From the IMG/VR virus record IMGVR_UViG_3300043427_003220, positions 1 to 64,000 of that record: a stretch of DNA of 64,000 nucleotides, one strand, 5' to 3'. Under the pieces are notes generated by a model, which was given only the letters and a program-made list of their open reading frames with translations, was not told the DNA's origin and made no database searches. Both the position numbers and the translations under genes were made by a program. This document shows positions 6,686 through 15,774 of the stretch, in pieces (position 1 is the stretch's first letter; the number at the start of each line of letters is the position of its first letter). This stretch comes from a virus (taxonomy: Duplodnaviria > Caudoviricetes).

Positions 6686-9505
6686 ATGACAATAGCGTTT
6701 TCGGTAGGCGGGTCACGAGTTGTTACCCCCGGTGTTTATTCAGTATTTAAAGTGCAAGATTCATTGCTCAACGTAGTTGCTGCGGCAAGAAATGTTCTTC
6801 TTATTGGCGAAGCTTCCGAAGGCGTCCCTGGAAACTTGCTTGACCCAACAACTGCATTTTTTACTGACTACCCCACAATGCAGGCTTTTTTTACTTCGGG
6901 TTCAGTTGTAGACGCTGCTCGCCAACTCTTTACCGTGCAGCCTTCCGCTGTATTCACTGGTTCCGTTGGCCGCGTTTATGTTCAACAAACTAACCAAGCA
7001 ACTCGCGCAGAAAAAGCAATTGCGTCTCCCTCTGCTTACGGCAAGGTGGTTGCAACTAAGTTTGGCGAGTCAGGAAATTTTGCTAAGTCACAAATTGTGG
7101 CTTCTGCAGAAGCTCTTCCTTCTGTTTCATTTCAAGTTCTTCCTCTTTCTGTAAATATGGAAGCTGCAGTTTCAGGCGTTCAGTCTGCGGGCACCGCTGC
7201 TATGACATTTGCAGGAGTTGAGAGCTTTGCAAGCAACCTTTCAACCCTTTTGGGCGCCAAGGCCACAGTGTCAGGCGGAACTCTTCAAGACGTAGTTCCA
7301 ACTGGTGCTGACCTGACTCTCGCTGTTTCGGGTAATGATGTGGTCGTATCAAGCTCTATTGCTTGGAACAGCCTTCCTAAAACAGGCGAAGTTGCAATCA
7401 TTCCTCACAGCTCTGGCCTTGTAGGTGCTACCGACAAAAATACTGGCACTTATGTTGTTAAGGCTGCCACCTCAACAACTGTAACTCTTGAAAAGGTCCG
7501 TCAAATGGACAACTCAGGAGCTAGCGCAGTTGCTTGGACTGCTCCAGAAGCTGTTTCTACTCCTGTTACAGCAGGTACGGCTCCATTCACATACGCAACT
7601 GGTGAAGTCATCTTTGTTAGCCCAGTTTCCGTTGAAGTTACTGAGGCTGCTAAAGAGGGCGCAGGCGCTTCTCTTGAGTTGGCCGCTGCTTCCGCTTCCC
7701 TCTTGGGAGTTGCTGCCGTTGCTCGTATGTCAGCTCGCTCAAATCTTCTCAACGCAGCCAATGCCTCATTTGGAACCATTTCGGCTGCTGCTTCCGCAGA
7801 CCAACTCACCGTCTCTCTTGGAGCGGGCGCAGTTTGGATTGCAGCCCCAAAGCTAGGCGATGTTGTTTACGTTTCTCCTTCTTCTCCGGTTGCAGGAGCT
7901 TCTAAGCAAAACGTCGGCCTTCATATTGTATTGTCAGCTTCTCCTTCTTCGGTTGTTTGCAAGAGACTTGACGGCGGTTCCGCTGCTTCCGTTTCTTCAA
8001 CTGCCCTTGCTGGAAAAGAAGATGCTTTGCAGGCTCTTCCTGCATTGGTCAGCTCCTCGGTTGCTGCCAAGAAAGCTGTTTCTTCAAAAGAAGCTCAAGT
8101 GTCAATGAATAGCCTCAATACCGTCACTGGAGAGAGATTCCCTTCAGACAAAATCGGCGGAAAGGTTGTCCTTGAAATTTCTTACTCAGGCACAGCAGCG
8201 GCTGCTAAAGTTTCAATCGACACAAGCCGTCGCGTTAAACTTGTTGCCGATACAGATGAGGTTGTACTCCCAACTCTCAAGTACCCAACACTTGCTGCTC
8301 TAGCTGAAAAGATTAGCTCACTCACAGGATGGGCTGCTCGCGTTGTTGATGCTGGAATGAGTTCAGCTTCTCCAGCTGTGTTGGATATGGTTGATGAAGT
8401 TGGTTGCTTGTCACTTACAAGTGAGCACGCATTCTCAGGCCGCCTCAAAAATGACTACTCAGCTTGGACTTCATTCTTTGCTGGTACGGTTTCCATTCTT
8501 GACTTCGTCGCTGGTGCGCGTCCAGTTAAAGCTGGTCTACCTGCGGGCGAATCTTCACAGTCATTCTTGCTTGGTGGAGCTAAAGGCGCTACTTCAAATG
8601 CAGATATTCAAGCTGCTCTTGACGCTGGCCTCAAAGTTCCAACTGTTCAAGTTCTCCCGCTCTTCTCACGCGACGCATATCTTGATGCTGCTGATGGCCT
8701 AACTGAGCAAGAGTCAACTTACTCTATCGACTCAGTCCACGCCGCTCTTAGAGCACACGTTGCTACTGGATGGTCAAGCGCGGTTCGTCGTGAACGCTTT
8801 GGTCTAGCTTCATTCTTCGGCTCGTTCGAGGATTCAAAAGCTAAGGCTCAGGCTATGAACTATGAAAACGTCTCAATGACATTCCAGCTTGCTCGCGCTA
8901 CGGGCGCAGACGGTAATGCTCAGTGGTTCCTTCCATGGATGCTTCAGTGCTGCATGGCTGCAGGACGTTCACAGGCAGTTCTTGGAACTCCTTTGCTTCG
9001 TAAGTCATTCAACGTCCTCGACGTTAAGCACATTCCAGAGTCATCCGTCTACTCTGACACGTTAACACGTGACTTTGACCCCGCAAGCAGAACGATGGTC
9101 GATGAAGCTATCGAAGCTGGCCTTTTGACCATGGGTGTAGTTGAAGGTGCAGGACTCCGCTTGGTGTCTCCAGACCTCTCAACCCGCAGCCGCGTCAATG
9201 ACCCGAAAGCTTGGGTGTATGAGCGCAACAACGTATCGTTTATCTTTATTGAAGTTATCCAAACTCTCAGAAGCGTTCTTGAGAACTACATCGGCGAGCG
9301 TACTACGGACGTTACCACGGCTGAAGTTGCTTCTACAGTTGTCAATGTTCTTTCATCGTTTGTTACTAGCGGCGCAATCGTTGCATTTAATCGCTCACCG
9401 CTCGTAACCAACCTTGGAAATGGCTATGCTGTGCAAGTGCAGGTTCGCCCTGCTGAAGCGCTTGAGTTTATTTCACTTGATGTAACTGCAACGAGAAATC
9501 TTTAA
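6686..9505 (+). CDS. Contractile tail sheath protein
   Basis: N-terminal VVTPGVYS..LLIGEASEG; C-terminal LENYIG..VQVRPAEALEFI; precedes tube genes. Confidence 0.9.
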   Translation: MTIAFSVGGSRVVTPGVYSVFKVQDSLLNVVAAARNVLLIGEASEGVPGNLLDPTTAFFTDYPTMQAFFTSGSVVDAARQLFTVQPSAVFTGSVGRVYVQQTNQATRAEKAIASPSAYGKVVATKFGESGNFAKSQIVASAEALPSVSFQVLPLSVNMEAAVSGVQSAGTAAMTFAGVESFASNLSTLLGAKATVSGGTLQDVVPTGADLTLAVSGNDVVVSSSIAWNSLPKTGEVAIIPHSSGLVGATDKNTGTYVVKAATSTTVTLEKVRQMDNSGASAVAWTAPEAVSTPVTAGTAPFTYATGEVIFVSPVSVEVTEAAKEGAGASLELAAASASLLGVAAVARMSARSNLLNAANASFGTISAAASADQLTVSLGAGAVWIAAPKLGDVVYVSPSSPVAGASKQNVGLHIVLSASPSSVVCKRLDGGSAASVSSTALAGKEDALQALPALVSSSVAAKKAVSSKEAQVSMNSLNTVTGERFPSDKIGGKVVLEISYSGTAAAAKVSIDTSRRVKLVADTDEVVLPTLKYPTLAALAEKISSLTGWAARVVDAGMSSASPAVLDMVDEVGCLSLTSEHAFSGRLKNDYSAWTSFFAGTVSILDFVAGARPVKAGLPAGESSQSFLLGGAKGATSNADIQAALDAGLKVPTVQVLPLFSRDAYLDAADGLTEQESTYSIDSVHAALRAHVATGWSSAVRRERFGLASFFGSFEDSKAKAQAMNYENVSMTFQLARATGADGNAQWFLPWMLQCCMAAGRSQAVLGTPLLRKSFNVLDVKHIPESSVYSDTLTRDFDPASRTMVDEAIEAGLLTMGVVEGAGLRLVSPDLSTRSRVNDPKAWVYERNNVSFIFIEVIQTLRSVLENYIGERTTDVTTAEVASTVVNVLSSFVTSGAIVAFNRSPLVTNLGNGYAVQVQVRPAEALEFISLDVTATRNL

Positions 9506-9536
9506 TACATAGGGTTTAAAATACCCTATGTATTAA
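9502..9536. other. Perfect 14-bp inverted repeat between sheath and tube genes
   Basis: TTAATACATAGGGT-ttaaaat-ACCCTATGTATTAA; no U-tract. Confidence 0.85.
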
Positions 9537-9550
9537 TAATGGAGTCTTAA

Positions 9551-10102
9551 ATGGCAAACAAATTACCATCATTTCTCGACGGAGCCAGACTCGTCATCAA
9601 GGTAGACGGTAAGCCGTTTGCTTTTTGCGAGGCCCTCAGCTTTTCTGACAATATGGCTTCTCAGTTGACCATGGCGATTGGTTCATACAGCCCTCACACT
9701 AACGAGCCATTGATTTACTCTGCTCAGGCATCAATGAGAGTATTGCGCTATACGAAAGCCGCCCTCGGTGAAAGTAAAAGCATCGCTCCCATGAAAGGCA
9801 AAATAGACGCAGTTAAATCGTCCACGGGAATGACGGCAGATAGAGCTTCTGATGGTAACTCCATGATGATGCTCAATAGCTTTTCTCCTGTTAAGATGCT
9901 TCTTGAGTCTACTTTCGATGTAGAAGTCTTTACTCGCGTTGGAGAAAAAAATACGCTTTCAGACAAGCCCACTTACGTAATGAAAGATTGTCTTATTACA
10001 GACCTTTCGATTCGTTTCAATGTTGGCTCTCTTGTTTCGGAAGACGTTACTCTTCTTTGCCGTATGATTGAAGATAAAGACGAACGAATTACTAAAGCAT
10101 AA
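9551..10102 (+). CDS. Tail tube protein 1
   Basis: Follows sheath; GARLVIKVDG..FA motif, tube-like size and beta pattern. Confidence 0.75.
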   Translation: MANKLPSFLDGARLVIKVDGKPFAFCEALSFSDNMASQLTMAIGSYSPHTNEPLIYSAQASMRVLRYTKAALGESKSIAPMKGKIDAVKSSTGMTADRASDGNSMMMLNSFSPVKMLLESTFDVEVFTRVGEKNTLSDKPTYVMKDCLITDLSIRFNVGSLVSEDVTLLCRMIEDKDERITKA

Positions 10103-10114
10103 AGGTAACTAACG

Positions 10115-10795
10115 ATGGCAGCTCAAACTCCATTTTTCATGTCTGGCCCACGCCTCCTCCTGAAGATTGACGGAGTTAAGGTTGCCTACGCCGTTGGTCT
10201 AGACCTTCGAGTCAGCCGTAACGTACAGATTGTCAACACCCTCGGAAGCTTTGCTTCTGTAGCAATTCAGGCAACCATGTATAACGGTGTGTCCGGTAGT
10301 ATGCAGATTGTCCGTCTACTTGATTCAGACTCTCGCACCAAGCTAGTAAGTGCGGCCACTGCATCAGGAAAGCAAAGCGCCGCTCCAGCTCTTTCGGCTG
10401 CTCCTGAATCAGCTCTTACAGGAATTAACAGTCCTGTAACAGACAGTGATTCAGCTTCATCAAACTCCTTGGTTGCTGCAACTGAAAATATTAAAAAACA
10501 TCTTGACCCTGCTTCCGTCCTAGCGTCCTCTACTTTTGATATTGAAGTCTGGCAGATGTATCCCACCACTGAAACTGTGGCCGCCGGAAAAGACCCTAAA
10601 TTAAATAATAAGGGTGTTCTTGTTAAACATTTTACTGTGCAAAATTGCAGACTTAACTCTCGCTCCTCCAGTATTTCTGCTGGTCAGCTTCTAACCGAAT
10701 CCTTTAGTTTTACCGGCACTCTATTGGTGTCCGAGGACAGACAAGGCGGCGCAAGGGATGAGGTTGATCCATCTGGATTTGGCTCCGGCGTTTAA
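10115..10795 (+). CDS. Tail tube protein 2 (paralog)
   Basis: GPRLLLKIDG..VA and STFDIEV shared with 9551..10102. Confidence 0.75.
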   Translation: MAAQTPFFMSGPRLLLKIDGVKVAYAVGLDLRVSRNVQIVNTLGSFASVAIQATMYNGVSGSMQIVRLLDSDSRTKLVSAATASGKQSAAPALSAAPESALTGINSPVTDSDSASSNSLVAATENIKKHLDPASVLASSTFDIEVWQMYPTTETVAAGKDPKLNNKGVLVKHFTVQNCRLNSRSSSISAGQLLTESFSFTGTLLVSEDRQGGARDEVDPSGFGSGV

Positions 10796-10801
10796 ACTAG
10801 C

Positions 10802-10831
10802 TTGACTCCTTAACCTAATATGCTATAAAAT
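10802..10831 (+). promoter_or_regulatory. Sigma-70-like promoter
   Basis: TTGACT at 10802 and TGCTATAAAAT at 10821..10831. Confidence 0.55.
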
Positions 10832-10866
10832 GTCCTTAGATAGTCCCTAGGGGCATTTCTTTTTTT
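10828..10866 (+). terminator. Rho-independent terminator after tube genes
   Basis: AAATGTCCTTAG-atagtcc-CTAGGGGCATTT then CTTTTTTT. Confidence 0.7.
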
Positions 10867-10877
10867 GGAGTAATATC

Positions 10878-11204
10878 ATGAAGTTAGCGCAACTACCTAA
10901 AAATACTGATACTAAATATTCTTCATCAGATACGACTCTAAAAACATTTGTAGTTCATCTCAGCGATGGTTCTGAGTTGCATGTACGCGCAGTCAGTTGG
11001 CTTGTCGGTGATTACGGCAAGATTTGTTTTTATATGCAGTCTCCAGAAGAAATCGCAAAAATGAGCATGAAGGCTCAAGAACCAATCGCTGTTTATGCAA
11101 TTAAACGCGGCCTTGTTGAAAGCGTTGCCGAAGAGGGTGCAGTTACTGTTACGGTTAAAAAGCGCGCCACTCGCAAAACAACTAAACGAAAAGTTAAAAA
11201 ATAA
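10878..11204 (+). CDS. Hypothetical protein with basic C-terminus
   Basis: GGAG RBS. Confidence 0.65.
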   Translation: MKLAQLPKNTDTKYSSSDTTLKTFVVHLSDGSELHVRAVSWLVGDYGKICFYMQSPEEIAKMSMKAQEPIAVYAIKRGLVESVAEEGAVTVTVKKRATRKTTKRKVKK

Positions 11205-11764
11205 TGGCAGTCATTCAAGGTACAAAAAACGCATGGAAAAAATCCATGGAAGAGCTTGGCAAATCTTTTGAAGATGCCGCTGATCGCGATAAAGCGTTGG
11301 GTCGCAATCCAGAAGTTACCCTGCCTCAGTATTTTTCAGGCGCTCGCGCTTATGTTGCGGTTTCAGGCGAATTAATAGCGGTTTGCCAAGATTTTAATTA
11401 CACCATAGAGTTTACTCCAGAAGAAACACGAACAATTGACACCCACGTTCCTTGGGATATTTCCGTAGGACAGGTTTCAATTAGAGCATCTTTAAGACAA
11501 CTTGTAGACCCTTCCGAATCTCCAGAATCTCAGGGACTGTGGTCTAATATGGCCTCTATTATTCATCAACCGTTAATTGAATTAGAGGTATTTGATAAGC
11601 TTGGTCAAAAAATGTTTTATGCGCGGGGTATGTTTACTCGCATTTCGGGAAGCGTAACAATAGGTTCTTTGTCAAACAGAAGCGTTGATTTTATTGGAAC
11701 GGCGTATTCCCATAATGTTACGCAAAGTTTTGTGCCGTACAAAAAACAAAAAGAAGAAATCTAG
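11204..11764 (+). CDS. Tail tube-like protein 3
   Basis: YFSGARAYVAVSGELIA resembles the motif in the two tube paralogs. Confidence 0.6.
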   Translation: MAVIQGTKNAWKKSMEELGKSFEDAADRDKALGRNPEVTLPQYFSGARAYVAVSGELIAVCQDFNYTIEFTPEETRTIDTHVPWDISVGQVSIRASLRQLVDPSESPESQGLWSNMASIIHQPLIELEVFDKLGQKMFYARGMFTRISGSVTIGSLSNRSVDFIGTAYSHNVTQSFVPYKKQKEEI

Positions 11765-11821
11765 ACACTACTGGAGGAGCAAATCCGTTTGCAAATCTTT
11801 TTTAATTAGTAAGGAATTATT

Positions 11822-12205
11822 ATGGAACCGTATTTGGCCGAACGTATAGAGGCCGCTAAGAAAAAAGCCAAGCAGATTATTGAAGGCAAGATTGACGACG
11901 AAACCGACCTAAGGCTCGTTTTTCAGTTTGTACTTTGCCAAAAATATAATATTCCTATATTTTCTCCCTACTTTGAAGAAAGAACCCTTGACGAACTTAT
12001 GTTTGAAGTCTATCTTCATAAAGAAGCTACCATTAAGGCAGACCCAGAACTCGCCAAAGAAGAGGCGGCCGACTTTGTCAGAGAGGAAGCAGATAAAGAC
12101 GAGTATTGGGAAGATTTAGACATGCAGACAGACGAAGAGTTTTTAGAGCAAGCTAAGAAAGATTTTGCAGCAAGAAAAGGAAATATCAATGAGCAGTCCA
12201 CTTAA
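11822..12205 (+). CDS. Putative tail assembly chaperone
   Basis: Between tube and tape measure; KYNIP..P.F...T.DEL..E pattern. Confidence 0.45.
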   Translation: MEPYLAERIEAAKKKAKQIIEGKIDDETDLRLVFQFVLCQKYNIPIFSPYFEERTLDELMFEVYLHKEATIKADPELAKEEAADFVREEADKDEYWEDLDMQTDEEFLEQAKKDFAARKGNINEQST

Positions 12206-12722
12206 TCCTGTTATCTTTGTTGAGTTGGATGTTGTAGGTACAACAACGGGTGAAAAGTACCAAGGGGTATTTGAACTCAAGAAATTTCTATCTCATAGAG
12301 ACATGACTGAATCATCTCGCGTAGCAAATAGACTTTCAACCGGCTTGCGACGCCCCCCGTCCTATAGTGTCCCCTCTCTCTTGGCGGGAATTAAGGACGC
12401 TCTTCAGAACATCCACGATGAAGTAGCTAATGGCCTTGAAGATAAGGACAAGGTGGCTTTGGTGGCTAGCGACGAAGCAATTCGCCGTGTTATCGAGGGT
12501 ATTTTGCCGGAACTTAAAGATATTGATCCACAATCTGAATTTATTCAAATGCTTGCGGTTCTTAATGCCCATATCGTCAAGGCTCCTGATTGGTGGAAAC
12601 CTAAAAATGAAGAACTAGGCGGGTATCACCTTCTTGACTATACTCCTATCCTAGAGCTAAATCGCCAGTTGGCCGATGCTCAACGTCCTGCTTCCTCAGA
12701 AGAAAAGCCATCTGAGGCTTAA
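12189..12722 (+). CDS. Putative tail assembly chaperone
   Basis: G..TG..Y.G.F..K and IVKAPDWW motifs; immediately before tape measure; own AAGGA RBS. Confidence 0.55.
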   Translation: MSSPLNPVIFVELDVVGTTTGEKYQGVFELKKFLSHRDMTESSRVANRLSTGLRRPPSYSVPSLLAGIKDALQNIHDEVANGLEDKDKVALVASDEAIRRVIEGILPELKDIDPQSEFIQMLAVLNAHIVKAPDWWKPKNEELGGYHLLDYTPILELNRQLADAQRPASSEEKPSEA

Positions 12723-12748
12723 AATATTGCTAAGCATGAGGTGATGGC

Positions 12749-15700
12749 TTGGCACGTATAGATATTAACTTAGACGAACTGTTAGCGCCCATAAGGCAGA
12801 TGCGCGAAGAAATTCAGAAGATGAATGACGCGCTGCGTCAAACCGTGCAACTTCAAGCACAGATGGCTGCTCACCAAAGACAAGCAGCTAATTCTTATTC
12901 TCCAACAAGAGCAGGTGCTGTTCTTCAAATTCAAGACTTAGTTGCAGCTCGCGGTGGCCCTACCTCAAATGTTTATTCTATTGGTACAGGCGCACCAATT
13001 CCGCCATCTAATATTAATCCAACCGGAAGCCCATTGGGGTTTCCTATTCCTAGCGCCCCGTGGCAACTTGCTCGCGGCGGAGTTGGAATTGCTGCTGCAT
13101 TTGCTGGGCAAGCGGGTTTTCAAAATGATTTAGCTGCTAAGAGAGAACGTGAAGAAGCCGTTAAGTTACTGTCTGGCAGCGCCAATACAACTGCCAAAAT
13201 TTTATTAGACGTATCTAAAAAAATCGAACAAGAAAGAGCCGCTGCTTCTGAAACTCTTAAAAGAGCAACCGAAGATTACGGCAGAGCGTCCGAAACCGGA
13301 GCAAAAGACTTAGCTAAATTTGCTAGAGAGCTAGACGAAGCGGCCAAAAAGTTTAATAAAGTAAACCAAAAAGCAGAACAATTTTCTACCACTTTGGACG
13401 ATTTTATTAAAAAGGGCGGTGCCGGAGGCGGAGGCGGAGAGGGCGGAGGCCGTGGCGGGTTTGGCGGCTGGTGGGACAAGTACGGCGGAATCACTGGAAG
13501 AGCACTTTCTGGTGCAGCCGCTACAACAGCTTTGGGTTTTCAGTTAGCCGGCGGATATGCAAATATTCAAGCCATGGGTTTTCAGCAAAGCCTTACAGCT
13601 ATGCAGGCAATTCCGCAAAATATAGCAGCAGCTGAGTCTCTTAGATATCAAAAATATATGGCAGTTGTGGCCCCAACAACGGGCGAGCAGATGCTAGAGG
13701 CTTATGGTAATTTACTAACCCCAGGCAAAAATAAATTTTCTTATTTAGGTGTTGGTAATAGAAAAGCTCGTGAGACAGAAGCTAATAAGATTTTTGAAGA
13801 AGAGTTTAAAGTATCAGAAGCTGAGCGCAAGGCCACCACTCGCAGTGCAATCGGCGGTGCAATAGGGCAAGCGGCTCTTTCAATTGGAGCGATTGTTGGA
13901 GGTATCGGGTTAACTGCGGGTACTGCAGGCTTGGGCGCAGTGCCTGGTTTGGCTTTAGCCGGTGCAGGAATCACTGGTTTGGTCGGCGCAGGGAAAGATT
14001 TATTTACCACCGTTACTGGGGCACAAACGGGACTTGCTGGCCAAAAAGAAGGCGGGATTTATGACATGCCGGGGGCCGGTTTGTTTTTTGACAATACAAA
14101 ACAAAATGCCCAAGCTGTTAAGGCCATGTATCAGTCAGGCGCTATTCGCCGTCGAGAAGAAAATGAAAGAATGCTTCTCAATGCCGAAAAAGAAAGATTT
14201 GATGCTCGTCGCTTATCTATGGGCCTCGATGAAAACTTAGCTGCTATGAGAATGAGAACAGCGGCTACGGTTATGGCAGGTGGAGCCGCTGTAACAGGGT
14301 TTGAGGCATTTAGAGGTCTTTCTACAGAAAGAGCGGAGGCTTTAGCGACTAGGTATGCCAAATTGGGATATTCAATTCCAGAAGTTGGCCAAATATATAA
14401 TACATACGCTGGTATGATGGGAACTACTCGCGGAGCAGACAGACTTCTAGGCTTGAGCCGTGCGGGCGTTGGCTCCGTTGAGCAGATGGCTTCCAACGTA
14501 TTGGGAATCTCCGCCGTATCAGGAAAACAAGGCGACACCAAACAACTAGAAAATATCTTTGCCAAAGCCTTTGAGGCAGGACTCAAGGGCGCTCCTGCTA
14601 TTCAGCGATTCTCTCAAGCGGCAATGGAAATGTCTCAGGCACTTAAGCTTCAATCGGCTACAGGCGCAGCGGGATTCTTGTCAACATTAACAGGAGCCAT
14701 GGCAGGCAAGTCTGGTTCAGCCATGATGTATATGGAAGAGGCTAGGTCTGGTTTGATGGGACTCGCAGGCGCTACTGGCGCAACCACTGGGCTCATGGGA
14801 ACCCTCAAGGTTCTGTCAGGCGCGGGCGCTGGGCTTGGTATGGGCACGGGCCTTGGAGCCGTTAGTCGCTCAAATGTTATTCAAGTTCAAGAGGCTTTGC
14901 AGCAATTATCTGCAGGCGGCGATTACACTAAGATGACTGGACTTGCTCGCCGTATGGTAGGTGCTCAGATGGCTTCGGGCATGACGCAAACAGAAGCCAT
15001 TGCTAAGGCACGCAGAGCACTTGAAGGACAGATGGCCACTCAGGTCGCTCCGTTTGGTGCTGAATATAAAAGAAGAACCGGCAAGGATTTTTCTGCAATT
15101 CAAGCCAGAGCAAGGGAAATGCTCAAAAAGGGAGACTCAGAAGGTCTTCGCAACCTTATGTACCAATTTGAAGATGAAACAACAGGAATGGCTGGCCTAG
15201 AGGCCGAAGGTGCAGCCATGGCTTTATTGATGTCCGGCGCGCCGCCTGGAGACTTTAAAAAAGGCCAAAGAATGTTGGCTCAAGAAAAGGGCAAGGGCGC
15301 TGCAAAAGCTGCAGCAGATTTTGCTACGGTTAACTACAAAAGAGTTCTTAATAGCGCAGCAATTGATGCTGCTAAGGGAATTGATAGAACTGTAACAGAC
15401 GAGGAGTTAAAGACCACAGCAGCCGGCATGGGAATTGATACAAGTAAAGCTAACTGGAAGCAAGAGCTTGGTAAAGCCGCTGGTATTGATGTTGCAAAAG
15501 GAGAAAAGTTTACTTTTGCTAAATTGGCAACAGCAATGTCCGCCTATGCCGATAAGGATACTCAAAGAACATCTCTTAGTATTATCGAGGCTTTTGGTCC
15601 AACAGCCGTTCAGCAGCTTGCAGATGCCGTTGGCGGAACCCCCGCTGGAGGTACAATGCAAGCAACCCCTGGGCCAAATGCTCCAAAAACTCCACAACAG

Positions 15701-15760
15701 ATACAACAAGAAAAAAATAGAGCTAGAACAAAGTCAGCAATTGGTAGTATGGCCCCATAA
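12749..15760 (+). CDS. Tape measure protein
   Basis: 1003 aa Ala/Gly-rich helical protein with hydrophobic segments; canonical position. Confidence 0.8.
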   Translation: MARIDINLDELLAPIRQMREEIQKMNDALRQTVQLQAQMAAHQRQAANSYSPTRAGAVLQIQDLVAARGGPTSNVYSIGTGAPIPPSNINPTGSPLGFPIPSAPWQLARGGVGIAAAFAGQAGFQNDLAAKREREEAVKLLSGSANTTAKILLDVSKKIEQERAAASETLKRATEDYGRASETGAKDLAKFARELDEAAKKFNKVNQKAEQFSTTLDDFIKKGGAGGGGGEGGGRGGFGGWWDKYGGITGRALSGAAATTALGFQLAGGYANIQAMGFQQSLTAMQAIPQNIAAAESLRYQKYMAVVAPTTGEQMLEAYGNLLTPGKNKFSYLGVGNRKARETEANKIFEEEFKVSEAERKATTRSAIGGAIGQAALSIGAIVGGIGLTAGTAGLGAVPGLALAGAGITGLVGAGKDLFTTVTGAQTGLAGQKEGGIYDMPGAGLFFDNTKQNAQAVKAMYQSGAIRRREENERMLLNAEKERFDARRLSMGLDENLAAMRMRTAATVMAGGAAVTGFEAFRGLSTERAEALATRYAKLGYSIPEVGQIYNTYAGMMGTTRGADRLLGLSRAGVGSVEQMASNVLGISAVSGKQGDTKQLENIFAKAFEAGLKGAPAIQRFSQAAMEMSQALKLQSATGAAGFLSTLTGAMAGKSGSAMMYMEEARSGLMGLAGATGATTGLMGTLKVLSGAGAGLGMGTGLGAVSRSNVIQVQEALQQLSAGGDYTKMTGLARRMVGAQMASGMTQTEAIAKARRALEGQMATQVAPFGAEYKRRTGKDFSAIQARAREMLKKGDSEGLRNLMYQFEDETTGMAGLEAEGAAMALLMSGAPPGDFKKGQRMLAQEKGKGAAKAAADFATVNYKRVLNSAAIDAAKGIDRTVTDEELKTTAAGMGIDTSKANWKQELGKAAGIDVAKGEKFTFAKLATAMSAYADKDTQRTSLSIIEAFGPTAVQQLADAVGGTPAGGTMQATPGPNAPKTPQQIQQEKNRARTKSAIGSMAP

Positions 15761-15774
15761 AAGGATTTTTTATT

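Noticed and set aside
13414-13470. GC-rich GGC/GGA repeat in the tape measure gene
   Set aside because: Explained by a poly-glycine linker
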